Made by a program: the position numbers and the translations under genes
Notes under the pieces: model-generated
What the model was told of the DNA's origin: nothing
The model's database searches: none
The model's input: only the letters and a program-made list of their open reading frames with translations
Shown here: piece after piece, positions 13,298 to 26,022 of the stretch
How positions within the stretch are numbered: position 1 is the first letter of the stretch
Layout: the number at the start of each line of letters is the position of its first letter
Assembly (NCBI GenBank): GCA_025603075.1
Contig: MU626387.1
Location: 1-59,037 of the forward strand
DNA: 59,037 nt
Direction of reading: 5' to 3'
From: Neoconidiobolus thromboides FSU 785
Taxonomy: Eukaryota; Fungi; Entomophthoromycota

Positions 13298-14159
13298 TTA
13301 TCTTTGAATTTGTTTCTATAAATTGTAAAAAAGGAATGAAATAAAATAAATTCGTAAATTATTTTTATAGCACTTATATTTATTATCAGTGATGAAGTAG
13401 TTATCCTAGAGAAGTCAAATATAGCCAATCAATTGAAGATATTGAGATACTCTTTATAATATATATTGGCATTTTATATGTATAAGTTCAATTAATTAAA
13501 TAAAATAACAATTTTAACTTGAAAATTTAAATAGATTTTATTTAATATAGCATAATGGGTAAATTTTATTTAAAATAGTAATCCATTAATAACTTCAAGT
13601 ATCTAAAAAAGAGCTAAACATTTACCTGTTTTTAAAAAATGATATTAATATCTTTTTATACTTTGCTATTAAAGCCACTATAAAGTTGAGGAGAGTAATA
13701 ATAATCATTGCTTTGGATTCGGTTATGATAGACATTTGTATAACTGTTGTAGCTATTATAAATATTTTGATTTTGGGTACAAGATACATTCACATGAGCA
13801 TTATAGTTATTATGATTGCTTTGATATTGGCTTTAGTTATAAGGAACACTCACAGAATTGTGATTACTGTAATCAGTTTCTTTCTGATTTCGAATAGTAT
13901 TTTTATAATCATTAAAACTAGTAGAGCCATTGCGATAATAGATTCTAAGACCATTATCCTGTACTCTGTTAGTACTATTTAAAGAGCTGCCTCTCTGTTC
14001 TTCAACTTCAAATTGGTGTTTCTTTTGTGAAGCATTATGTTGACCATTCCTTCTCCTTAGTAATTAAGTTTTATACTTAAGAAGTTCATCATTACCCTTA
14101 TAGGAGTTCTAAAATAAAAGTGTTTTAAATTAGAATCTAAAGCTCTTTTGATATTTACG

Positions 14160-15540
14160 ATGTAAATATATTGTTGAAATAAGGTATCTCAAATATTTTT
14201 AAATGTTGATTCATTGCTCACCTTTCTCCCTTCACATTCATATATATTTATAATACATTTTAAATGATAATATTAACAAACTTATATCATGAACGTATTC
14301 CGAACTTGCACATGAATAACATAATTTGGTAGACGCATTAACATATGGGGATGTTTTTTTCGGCTTCATTACTTTTTCCATTTTTTAAGCGCTATTTGAG
14401 CGGAAAAATTGCTAGTAAAATTATTAAATACAAAAATACATCCCCATATAATTTAATTTAATTTAATGGCTAATAAAAGTATATGATGCTACTATTCTGA
14501 CATCCTTTTTAATTTTGCGTTTTCTCTAAAACTGAGCACAATCTTTGAAAATAACTAAAGTTTAACTTTGAATCAAAATATTTACTAATGAGTTATGAAT
14601 TGTACTTCCACGTTTTAAACATGTTGCCTTAACAAATTGATTTTAACAATTCTTAAATCGATTAGTTTAACCTTCAAAGTTAAGTCTAAATAACTTTATT
14701 TCTACTCTATAACCTGTTTCTTTACAGTTAAAACACATAAGTAATAAATCATAAGGTCTATCATTATGTCCATTTTTTGCACAAAGACTACAATGATTTC
14801 AAATGAACTCAATTACTAACTGTATTGAAGCCTACTTATCATTTACTTTAATTAAGCACTTATTTATCAAATAATTGCCTTCGCAATTCAAACACTCTTT
14901 GTCCATTGGAATTTTGTTAAAACATCCCCCAATCTTCTATAACATAATATTAGCAAACCGAATTTTTTAATGGATTAATTTAGGTTGATTGATTAAAAAA
15001 ATTGAATTTTAATGGTAATAGTTCTAATCTCTTTAACTTCAATTACTACACCATCTTCTTCCTCATCCGCATCTTCAATATCACTAGAGTCAAAATTTTC
15101 GCCAGATTCTAAACTGACGATTAAACCAATAAAAACATTACCTTTATTCTTAATTTAATATTCTGAATCATTATTTTTCTCAATACCAATAGCTTCTTCT
15201 CTTTCTTCAGCTTTACATTATCTTTTATAGAAAAATTAGTGTAATTTAAATAACTTTGTAACGCTTATTTAGTTTCACCACCAATCTTAGGTTTTAAATA
15301 TTAGTTTCATTTCATTTGTCTTGGATTATCAACATACTTATCAGAGTCGTCATTCGATTTATTAGGTTGATTATAATCCTCATTTTCACAATTGAAATCC
15401 ATATTTTTTAAATTTTGAAAAAAGTTAGCTCATTTTATAGCTTTTTTTTTAAATCTCAACTTCTGATAAATCAATGCTTTTAGAATAAAGCTACAAACTT
15501 TAATTTGCTGTAACAAATTCAAGGGATAAATCTTCTGAAG
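14160..15540 (-). pseudogene. Decayed multi-zinc-knuckle (CCHC) gene, copy A, interrupted by a MITE
   Basis: Minus-strand relics ECLNCEGNYLINKC, CSLCAKNGHND, CFNCKETGY, CLKRGSTIH, CYSCASSE with stops and frameshifts; colinear with 30280-31508. Confidence 0.65.
14347..14445 (-). mobile_element. MITE family copy 3 (near-intact)
   Basis: TIRs GGGGATGTTTTTTT / AAAAATACATCCCC (13/14 match); exact TSD ATAT. Confidence 0.92.
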
Positions 15541-17164
15541 AATAGGGTATGCGTTTTACAAATTGTGAAAGAAATAAACAAAAATGGTAGTATAATAGTA
15601 AAGTTGTATTTTTAACAATATTAAGCAAAATATCAATATTGTGTCTTAATGTTATTTATTAGTCTAAAATTCCCGTTTAATTGCGTGATTCAAAGGGAAA
15701 TTTTTATTGAAATTTCAGTTTTAATCCTTATTTTTATTATAAGTGTTTTTTTTAAATATGTACTAAGCCAATACAATTATAGTTATATTTATTATATTGA
15801 ATCACAAGTTCAAAATTTGATAAAGTGGGTGAGAAAAGGATAATGAGTCAGAAAAAAGACGTATTATAATCATAAACCAGGGAAACGGGGCCAAATAAGC
15901 CTTTGACTAAAAGATCTTTGCTGTTTTCGGCCCCTTATATTTATAACTAAATAATATAATTGTCATAATATTATTTGAATTTAGTCATAAATGTGTATTC
16001 GTGTCTAATCCCTTTAACTATTGGTTATTAATTCTTGAGATTTGTGTTATTAAAAATAAGCCTTATTATTTATAAACTCTTATATTTTAAATAAATTTAT
16101 ATAACAAAGTATTTACTACCATAAGTTAAAAACCATAGTTTAACCTTAATCATTCATTGACTTCAAATAGAAATAGTTTAAAATTAAAAATTAAAATACC
16201 TATACTATACATTGCAGTAGATTTATTGCGTTGTTAATTCTAAGATGATACTGAATATTAAAAAAAAGTTTTAAGTAAAGTAAACAATGACTAGTAAATA
16301 AAGCCATTTAAAATAAAGTAGTTTCTAAATTTCTAATATTTAAACTTTATAACGCTTTAAAATTTTCCCAGATTTATGTAGTTAAAATTGGTCTCAAAAA
16401 TTGCGAATTCCACATTAGTTTTTAACTTTAACATTCAATCGGCATTTTAAGTTTATCCAAATATAAAATGACAATTAATCTAGAATTAACCAATCAGGTT
16501 GATTCTAGCCAAATATAGAACGGTCCGAGTGCCAAGCCAGTAGGATTTTTTAAAAAGGGGAGGATTACAATAAACTAGAATTTAGCTAAAACTTAAGATT
16601 TAAAGATTTTAAACAACTTTTTGTTTAAGGGAGCTAAGCCATTTTATTTTCTATATGTAAAATATGGTAGATTAAGAATTAAAAAGCTCATGTTTCTATA
16701 ATAGAATAAGATGTCAAAAATACAATTTTTAAATAAAAAAGGAGCCTCAAATTTTGCCCAAAAAAACTTTAAAGTTTAAATAAACCAATCAGCTTAAAAC
16801 GTCGATCCAATTTTTAATTCAGCAATTAGATAACCATGATTCAAGACCTTAAATTTTATGTTAAGGAGATGGATCTTAAAGTACCAATTGAATCGAAATT
16901 TTATAAATCGAAATAAATTAATTGGTTAATTGCTAGCTCGCTTTGGTTTTTGATTGGTTATAACCCTAAGTTTCAGGAGGGCCGTTTTTATCATTCTAGT
17001 TTTGAAGCTTACTTTAAAAAGTTGGAATGATAAGTTTATTTACTAATGCTTCCCCCATATTAATCATATTTTAAAAGTATAAATTTTAATTGTTTGATTT
17101 TACCCTTTACCTTTTTCTCTCTTTATTTTTTTTATAAACTAAATTATTCAAATTTTTGAAAATC

Positions 17165-19699
17165 ATGGAGAACTTTTATAATCAAAATTTATATGTAAAT
17201 GAAGACGATAATAATAACGGTGAAGCATATCAAGACCCCTCACTCACCTTGTTCAATCCCTTTTTAATGGACCAATTTCCATCTGAGTAATACACTTTTA
17301 TAATATTAAAATATTATAATAACTTTATTATAGAGTAAATGAAAATCCAATTGATTTTACCCCAGAAATGCTTTTTAATATTGGAATGAAGGGTAGTAAT
17401 ATGCATTCTGCCCTCTTCAATCAACCACCAAAAACTTATATCAATCAAATGCCAAATAACAATGATTTGTTTCAAAATCCTTATCCACAACCACAACCAC
17501 AACCACAACCAACGGATATGCAATTGTTCAATAATAGCGCTACATTTAGTTCTACAAATGCAACTCCTATGCCATTACAACAGCCAAATTTAAACCCAAA
17601 TAATCTTCAATTACCTTATCAACCTCAACCTCAAGCACCACAACAAACCTTATCACAAGGGATCCCTCAACAAACTCAATTATCTTCACCTAATGTAAGT
17701 GTATTAAAAGCACCAAAATTAACTAATAGTCAAACCACTGGGATTTATTCTTCAACTGGGTTTGATTTATTAAATATCTTGGTATATATCGCTAATCGTC
17801 CTAATCCGATTGTAAATATTGGCCCTATTGATCTTAGCTGTGCTTTCCTTTTGGTAGATGCTAGACAATATGATTTTCCAATTGTATATGCTAGTCCAAC
17901 TTTTGAAACATTAACAGGGTATACACCTAATGAATGTGTTGGGCGTAATTGTAGATTTTTACAAGCACCTGATGGTCGAGTTACTGAAGGATCACGTCGT
18001 AAATTCTCTGATAATAATTCTATTTTTATGTTTAAAAATAAGATTATGGCTGTACAAGAACATCAAGCTAGTTTAGTCAACTATAAAAAGAATGGACAAG
18101 CTTTCTTCAATTTAGTTACTATTATTCCAATTGTTGAAGGCGGATCTGTTAATTTTTTTGTTGGATTACAAGTTGATTTAGTTGATCAACCAAATGCTAT
18201 TATAAATAATTTAAAAAATAGTGCGTTTTCTATCAACTATGGTAAACCTACCTTTACTAAAACAATTTCAAGTAAGAATGAGATAATATTCATTTGATTT
18301 TTAATTAATTTTGATTTTATTAGGTGAGCATAAAAATTTTAATGAATTGCCCAATTCTATCCCTTATGAAAATTTAGCTTCTATTTTTGATGATAATGCT
18401 AATCAAGATAATAACAATAATAATCATTCAGAAGCTAATTATAGAGAATGGATTAAATATATGCTTGATAAATGTGATGATTTTATCTATGTATTATCCT
18501 TAAAAGGCACCTTCCTTTATGCTTCACCCTCTTCTAAAAATTTACTAGGATATGCATCAGAAGATTTAATTGGCCAAAATTTGGCTAAGATCTGTCATCC
18601 AGGAGATTTAGTACCAACTTTAAGAGAGTTAAAGGAAATTGGTAATAATGAAAATTCCATTAACTTAACTTTCCGATTTAAAGTAAAAGATGGAGCTGAA
18701 TACTCTTGGTTAGAATCTTCTGGTAAGCTTCATGGTGATCTTGGTAAAGGACGTAGATGTATTGTACTTACAGGTAGAATACGTCAAATGTTCCAATTAT
18801 CAAGCGGTGCCTTGATTGAAACTGGTGGTGATGTTGGTGATAATGATTTATTCTTTAAATTATCTAATGATGGTATTATTTTACATGCTTCTTCCAACTT
18901 AAACGTTCTCCTTGGTTATGAGCAACAAGAAATTATTGGCACTACCTTATATCAATTATTGCCAGCAGATCGTTCTTATACTTTAACCAATGTATTAGAA
19001 CAAGCAGCAAGTGGAAATTCAGCTAGATTTAATCATCACCTTCAAAATAAACGTGGTAATTTAATAGTTACTACTTCTTCTTTCTTCCCAGGCAATGAAA
19101 CCAACCCAATTGATCCCGAGGATAAGACAAATTTTATACTTTTACGTATGAATTTAGAATTAAATATACCACCTAATGAATTGAATGTGGATTATAAAGT
19201 AGAAACACTTATTAGTAACCCATTCCATAATATGGATGATATCTTTAGATTTGATGAAAATAATAGTAAATCGAGTTGGCAATACGAATTACATCAACTT
19301 AAAATTAAGAATCGTAAACTTAAAGAACAAATTAATGCTTTAGATCCCATTTCCAGAAATAAAAAGGTACTTTTTTATAACAATACGACAATAATAGCTT
19401 AATACTAATTGATGTTTTATTTTATTTAGAAAAAGAATGGGAATAGAAAAGTGAAGACATGTATGAGTTGTAATCGTACTAGTACTACTGAATGGCGTCG
19501 TGGACCTAATGGACCATCTACTTTATGTAATCCATGTGGCTTAAAATATGCTAAAGGATCAGCTCCATTTAATAAAATGAGTCGAGGTAATAGTGATAGT
19601 AGTCAAAGTAAATCCCAAGGGGATGTTAGTGAATTACCTTTATTAAATGGTGAAAATAATAGTAGTGGAGAAAATGTTAGTGAAGCTATTATGTCTTAA
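17165..19699 (+). CDS. wc-1: White collar-1 / MadA-type blue-light receptor (LOV-PAS-PAS-GATA), 4 exons, about 790 aa
   Basis: Introns 17287-17333, 18272-18323 and 19367-19429 join in frame. LOV motif GRNCRFLQ with the fungal loop insertion, two further PAS domains, basic NLS, GATA finger CMSC-X18-CNPC. Confidence 0.95.
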
Positions 19700-19948
19700 G
19701 TTTATTTAAGCCAATTTATCTTAATTTTTTTGTAACAGTTTGCCCTTATTTTCTGAAATGCAATAAAAGCTTTTTTTCTATGCTTAATTAAGTTTATGTT
19801 TTGTTAATTTTTATGGCTTATTTGATTTAAAAGCGAATGTTTAGATAATTTAATTTTATAGAAAATCCTGAAACCAAAAGGAAGTTTTCAAGTGTTTTAT
19901 TATTACGGGGAAAATAATTTGATTTTTAATGAAATGTAGTTACTATTT

Positions 19949-20046
19949 GAGGATGTATTTTTGTGTTTAAGAATTTTACTAACAAATTTTCCACTCAAAT
20001 AGCGCTTAAAAAATGGAAAAATAATGAAACCAAAAAAAACAGCCCC
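19949..20046 (+). mobile_element. MITE family copy 4
   Basis: GAGGATGT..ACAGCCCC ends; exact TSD ATTT. Confidence 0.9.
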
Positions 20047-20477
20047 ATTTTATTATAAAGAATGAAGTTTTTAATTTGTAGTTGTATTTAAAGAATTTTA
20101 AGATTTTAAAAACAGTTTTGTCCAAGCTTCAAACGAAAAAGTCAACTATTAAAAGAGTTTCATTTTGTTTTAATTATCTTAATAATAGTTATGATTTCTA
20201 TTGTTGAAATTTAGAAATTAGTTATTGATATCAATAAAGAATCAAAAAGTAGATAAAAAAAAAGTAAATTATACTTACTATCAATTTCTATAAACTATTT
20301 TTAAATATAATAATTTGATAACAAACAATAAAATGATGACAATTACATTTAAAAATAACTAACCTAACATGAACAATAAACTCATAAAATCATGAATAAT
20401 ACTATAAATACTAATCCTTATCTCTTCCTATTATTAATTTGAAATAAACACAATATTAACTATTTATTTAATTAATA

Positions 20478-20879
20478 ATGAATAACTCTCGTCCCTCTTC
20501 AGTGATTGATTTTAACCTGTATACTCGAAATCTGTTTCATTTTCATTATCCTAGCACCCCACACATTCACTCTCCTTCGCCTTCTACCCTCACTACCACC
20601 ATCCTTGATTATATCCCTCAAATCCTCTCTACTGTTGAACTTGACCAATTAAAATCCATCGAGCTTAATTTATTGATTCAGTTAATTTTACAAGATTTAA
20701 AAGAAGATAATAAGAAGGGGAAGGATATGGATTTTATGTTGATTGCTTATTTAATAAGAAAAAATTTTAATTTGTATTTTTTAAAAGTTCGAGGTGGAAG
20801 AGGTGGATTGTTAGTTAAATTGAGAGAAAAATGGAAGCAATGGAAGCTGGCAAGGGGAGTTGGTAAATCGAAGGTTTAA
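20478..20879 (+). CDS. Hypothetical 133-aa protein
   Basis: Intronless ORF with higher GC than its flanks; S/P/T-rich N-terminus, basic C-terminus; no family recognised. Confidence 0.4.
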   Translation: MNNSRPSSVIDFNLYTRNLFHFHYPSTPHIHSPSPSTLTTTILDYIPQILSTVELDQLKSIELNLLIQLILQDLKEDNKKGKDMDFMLIAYLIRKNFNLYFLKVRGGRGGLLVKLREKWKQWKLARGVGKSKV

Positions 20880-21096
20880 ATAAGAAAAAAAAGAGAGAAG
20901 TTATGATAGTGAGTGATAAGATGACAGAAGAAATGGAAAGTTAAGTGTGATGAATAGTTAGTTAATTAATTGTAAATTTTTTAAAAATAAAAACAAAAGT
21001 AATATTTAATTTATATTATTAAACCTCTTTTTTTAAAAATTGTTATTTATTAAGTATCTTTGTCTATTGAGTGTTGAAAGTCATTCATTTAATAAT

Positions 21097-21194
21097 GGGG
21101 ATGTTTTTTTGGCTTCATTACTTTTTCCATCCTTTAAGCACTATTTGAGCGGAAATTTTATTAGTGAAATTCTTAAGCATAAAAATACATCTCC
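21097..21194 (-). mobile_element. MITE family copy 5
   Basis: GGGGATGT..ACATCTCC ends and family core; TSD ambiguous (AATG if the left end has 3 G). Confidence 0.88.
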
Positions 21195-21805
21195 AATGTT
21201 ATTTTCTATTAAGAACTCATATCCTTATTTGGCTTTTCTTAAAAGTAATAATTGAAGTTATGATAATACTCATTGATAAATCCACATAAATGTTCTCATA
21301 TTGTGAGAAATTGTAATAATAATTAATCTTTTTAGAATATCTGTAAATTGATATACTAAACAAAATGAGTTCTCATAGCAAGTTTTTAATAAAATCCGAT
21401 TTTTATTAATTATAGACATTAAATTTATAACTTAATATAGAATAAAAATTTTAAGGAGGAAACTCGAGAGATAATTATTTAGATTTTAGTGCTATCTAAT
21501 CTTACAATATCTTTATTAACAGTGAGTGCTTTTTTGATAGCTTTAATAGTATTGGAAGTGTTTTTGTCAGTGTTTTGTACCTTAGATATTGAATTTTCGA
21601 CATTGTCTTAATGCTTCTAATTTAGTAACCTTTTACAAACTGGTCATGAAATTTCAAAAAAAGCCAAATTTTCGCTTTTATTTGAAATTCATTCAAGAAT
21701 AATTGAATCAATTAACGTCATCTAAGGAACTTTGATTTCAACCTTATTTTTGTCTAAAATTTTCAACTTCCATTTCATAAAATACAAAAATCATTATATT
21801 CAACT

Positions 21806-23668
21806 ATGGAGCATTTACAGCAAGTCAGCAAAGAGCATAATCTACCTTTTACTAGTATCGAATTTGCAAAAAAGTTAGATGATTTGGATGAATTAACTCA
21901 TTTACGTGACCAATTTATTATACCTAAAAATCAAGATTTAGATGTTAAATTAAGTGAAGAAGGTAAAAAAGAATCAAATTCTATTAACTGAAAATATCAA
22001 TCAACTACATGGCCTAATATTAATCCAAATTTATTAGTCAATCCAAACAATGAGTGTATCTATCTTTGTTCCAACTCTTTAGGTTTACAACCTAAACATT
22101 TGAAAACTCTCGTTAATCAAGAATTGGAAGTTTGGGCTAAAAAGTAAGTTTTATTAAAAATAGTTATTATTATTATTAACATCAATTTTTTTAAAGAGGT
22201 GTTTTAGGTCATCATCAGCATGATTATTCTCGACCCTGGGTGACTATTGATGAAGAAATTACACCCTTGATGGCTAAGTTGGTGGGTAAGTAGTAATCAA
22301 ACTTTAATTTTAATATTAGAATAGTTTTATATAATTCAATATAAATGATAATACTAATATCAGTTAATAAATTTAATAATATTGATATTAATCAATAACA
22401 TTAACTAGGTGCTGATTCTTCTGAAGTAGCTTTGATGGCCACATTAACTAGTAATTTACATTTTTTATTAACTGCTTTTTATAAACCAGATAATAAACGA
22501 TATAAAATATTGATTGAACATAAAGCATTTCCATCAGATCATGTAAGTTCTTATTTAATCCAACTATCGATTAATCAATTAATCAATAATAATAATAATA
22601 TTTTCATTCTTGTATTAATCTTTTTATTCTCTTATTTAGTATGCTGTGGAATCTCAATTAAATATCAAAAATATCAAAAATGGATTAATTTTAGTTAAAC
22701 CTAGAGAAGGTGAAGAAACATTAAGAATGGAAGATATTTATGATGTTATTGAAAAAGAAGGAGAGAGTATTGCAATTGTACTACTTCCAGGAGTCCAATA
22801 TTACACTGGGCAGAAATTGGACATGAAAAAAATTACTCAAAAAGGACATGAAAAGGTAAGCTTATTGGAGAGAGAAGTGACTTTAATTGATATGAAATTG
22901 AGTGAATATAGAATATTATTAGAAAGGTTTAATGAGTAATTTTTTAATTTTTTAATTTCTTAATTCTTTAGGGTTGTTTAGTTGGCTTTGATCTTGCCCA
23001 TGCTGTCGGTAATATTAAGCTTGAATTAAGTCAATGGAATGTGGATTTCGCTTGTTGGTGTACATATAAATATTTAAGTAGTGGACCAGGTAATATTGGT
23101 GGTTTATATGTAAATCAAAAATATGCAAAAGATAATCAATTTAAGAGGTAATTTTTTAAGCTGAATATTAATATTTATTAGTATTTAGTTTTAATTTAAT
23201 ATTATTAGATTAACTGGTTGGTGGTCTCATGACTTAACTACTCGATTTAATATGACCAATGAAATGCAATTAATTCAAGGTGCTTTTAGTTTTAGACATA
23301 GTAATCCAAGTGTATTATCTTGTGTTTCTTTACTTTCAAGTTTAAAAATATTTAATTCTATTGAGTTCTCTTCCTACTTAAAAAAACAAAGTTTATTAGT
23401 AGAATATTTAAATCAATTAATGAACTTGAATGGATTAAATAACGTAATTAAAGTAATTACTCCAGAAAATGAAAGGGGTTGTCAATTGTCTTTAATATTT
23501 AAAGAAGAAATTGAGTTTAAAAATACATTTGATAAATTGTTAATGAATGGTGTAGTATGTGATCAGAGAGAACCAAATTGTATTCGAATTGCACCCTTCC
23601 CATTAGTTAATAGATTCACTGAGGTATTTACTTTTGTTGAGATATTAAAAAAGAATTTTAATCTTTAA
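21806..23668 (+). CDS. BNA5: Kynureninase (PLP-dependent), multi-exon
   Basis: [75 protein letters not shown] motifs. Confidence 0.95.
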
Positions 23669-23715
23669 AATAAAAAATTATAATATAAAACAAAAATTAT
23701 AATATTAAATTAAAT

Positions 23716-25986
23716 TTATTTTTTATTTATTAAACATAAATAAAAATTTAATAATGGATCCCTATGAGATAAATCTAACTCCATAGAATTAAAAGATTGT
23801 AATAATAATTTTAAACTTTGTTGTTTGAAATTTGGTTGAAATTGAAAATACCATTGTTTAAAAAATTCAAAATAATTGTTCAAATAAATCAATGGTACTT
23901 TGGAGTAAATTTCAATATAACATTGAAAATAATTGAATTTAAGTGGAGCATCTGAATGTTGAATTTTATCTTGAAGTTTATTAATAAGATTCAAAATAGT
24001 ACGTTGAGATATATTTTTTTGATTTAATAAACTATCAATTAATTGTAGATAAATCATTTTAAATTGATTATATGTTAAATTTTTAGGATATTGCTAAATA
24101 TAAAATTAATTAATTTTGTATTATAAAAAATAAAATTAATAAACACAATTATTTACCTCCATAATAACTTTTTGATACCAAAATACAAATGGAACTACAA
24201 TATCTTTTTGTTGAATTTTTAAGAAAGCTAATATTGATTCATGAGCTTGATAATAACAATTCATAGTTAACCAATTGTTAGAAGATAATAGATAAGGTTG
24301 AATTAATATTAAATAATTTTTAATTTGTAATAAACTCATTTCTTCCATCATATTTTCTAAAAAATAAATCAAATAATTTAATTTTCCTTGTTGAATTAAA
24401 TTATTAATTTGATTGTTTTGATTGTTTTTTAGTAATATTATCATTTTATCTACAATATTATTTTCTTTTCTTTTATTTGATTTATTAATTAATTTCAACC
24501 AATTAAATAATTGTTGTTGATTTAATAAATAATTTTCATATCTTAATTTAGGAGATTGAATATGTAATATAAAATTTAAATTTTGATAAATTAAATATAA
24601 ATATTCAAATTCCTTAATTGTTGGTACATGTTGAATGAGATTATTTTGATTTGGATAAAATTGAAGATTAAGGAAGACTAATAAAAATAGAATATTTTTT
24701 AAATGTTTGATACTAGCTAAATAGCTTGGATCTTTCATTATTAATAAATTATCATGTGCTAATAAATAGAAATAATTAGTAAAATTAATTTATAATATTT
24801 TATATTTTATTTTACCTTCAAAATAAATATTCCACTGTTGATAAAGTTCAATACTAAAATTACAATATCTAAAAAATAAAGAATAAATAAAAAATAAAAA
24901 AAAATAAAATAAAAAAATAAAATAATATAATATAATATAATATAATATAATATATATAATATAATATAATATATAATTAATAAAATAGTAATAGAATATT
25001 TTACCTATCTAAAAAAAATAATTTAAATTTTTGATTTTGATTAAATTGATCTAATTTTAGTATCAATTGACTAATGATTTTAGCTATCTTTGGGATATAA
25101 TTTAATACTAAATCCGTTTTAATCTCTTTAAAATGGGAAAAGGCATCCTAAAACAATACAAATATAATTAAATTAGGACAATCTTATTAATAATAATTTT
25201 CATAAGCTTACCTCTCCAGTGCTATTAGGTGTCATTTTTAAAAAATAATTAATTAAATTATCCACAATAAATAATAATAACTTTTCATCTCTTTCATAAT
25301 TTATCTCATTAAATAATAAAAACATATTCAATTCTTTTTCATCCAAAATAAAATTAAAACAAAATATCCATTGTTTAAAATATTGATTGAAATTCATCCA
25401 TAATTGTATCTTTGATTCAAATATAGTTTGTAGTTCTAATTTTAATTTAAAATTAATAGATTGATGTATTTTTTTATATGTAAATAATATAGCTGAATAA
25501 ACAATAATTTCCCATTTATTATTATTATTATCTTTGACACTTGTATTTATAACAATATCATTATTATCATTATTATCATCTTCATTATTTAAAAACATTG
25601 CCCAATAATAAGGATTGTTAACTCTTTTTTTATCTACTATTAACTTCATTTCTACTTTCTCCTTTTTATTTTCTTGTTTAATAATCGAATCCAAATTACT
25701 AACAAATATCGATAAACTTAAATAATGAATTAATTCAAATAATAACTTTGATTGTTCATTATCTGTTGTTTCAGATTTATTATATAATTTTAATATTTCT
25801 TGTTTTTGTATTAATTGATTGATTATTTTACTTAAATTAATAGAATCTGTTCTTTTAAGACTGATAATAAGATTATTGATAACATCTGAGAGAGTTATTG
25901 TATCTTCTTTTGATGGTATTTTTTTATTATTACTGACGTCTATTTGATATTGTGAATATTCATAATTGGCACTAATGAAATTATAA

Positions 25987-26022
<36 letters not shown>

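Noticed and set aside
13686-13982. Hydrophobic 98-aa ORF as a membrane protein
   Set aside because: Ile/Val richness is the antisense reading of a decayed N/Y/S/H-rich frame with in-frame stops, probably the tail of pseudogene A. Similarity to 29003-29251 was too weak to claim.
14160-15540. Knuckle relics as retrotransposon Gag
   Set aside because: No LTR, RT or integrase nearby, and both copies keep intron relics at matching positions. Downgraded but not fully excluded.
15649-15843. Short AT-rich ORFs 15649-15843 and 29827-30192
   Set aside because: Low-complexity F/I/L/K frames expected by chance in AT-rich DNA; they lie upstream of the two pseudogene copies.
15887-15934. GGGGCCAAA..TTCGGCCCC inverted repeat as a second MITE or Harbinger end
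   Set aside because: Only 9 bp with a mismatch, no TSD, and no second full copy in the window.
21040-21255. ORFs 21040-21255, 32597-32843 and 44772-44972
   Set aside because: They read through MITE sequence and share MITE-derived peptides (GDVFF..); not genes.
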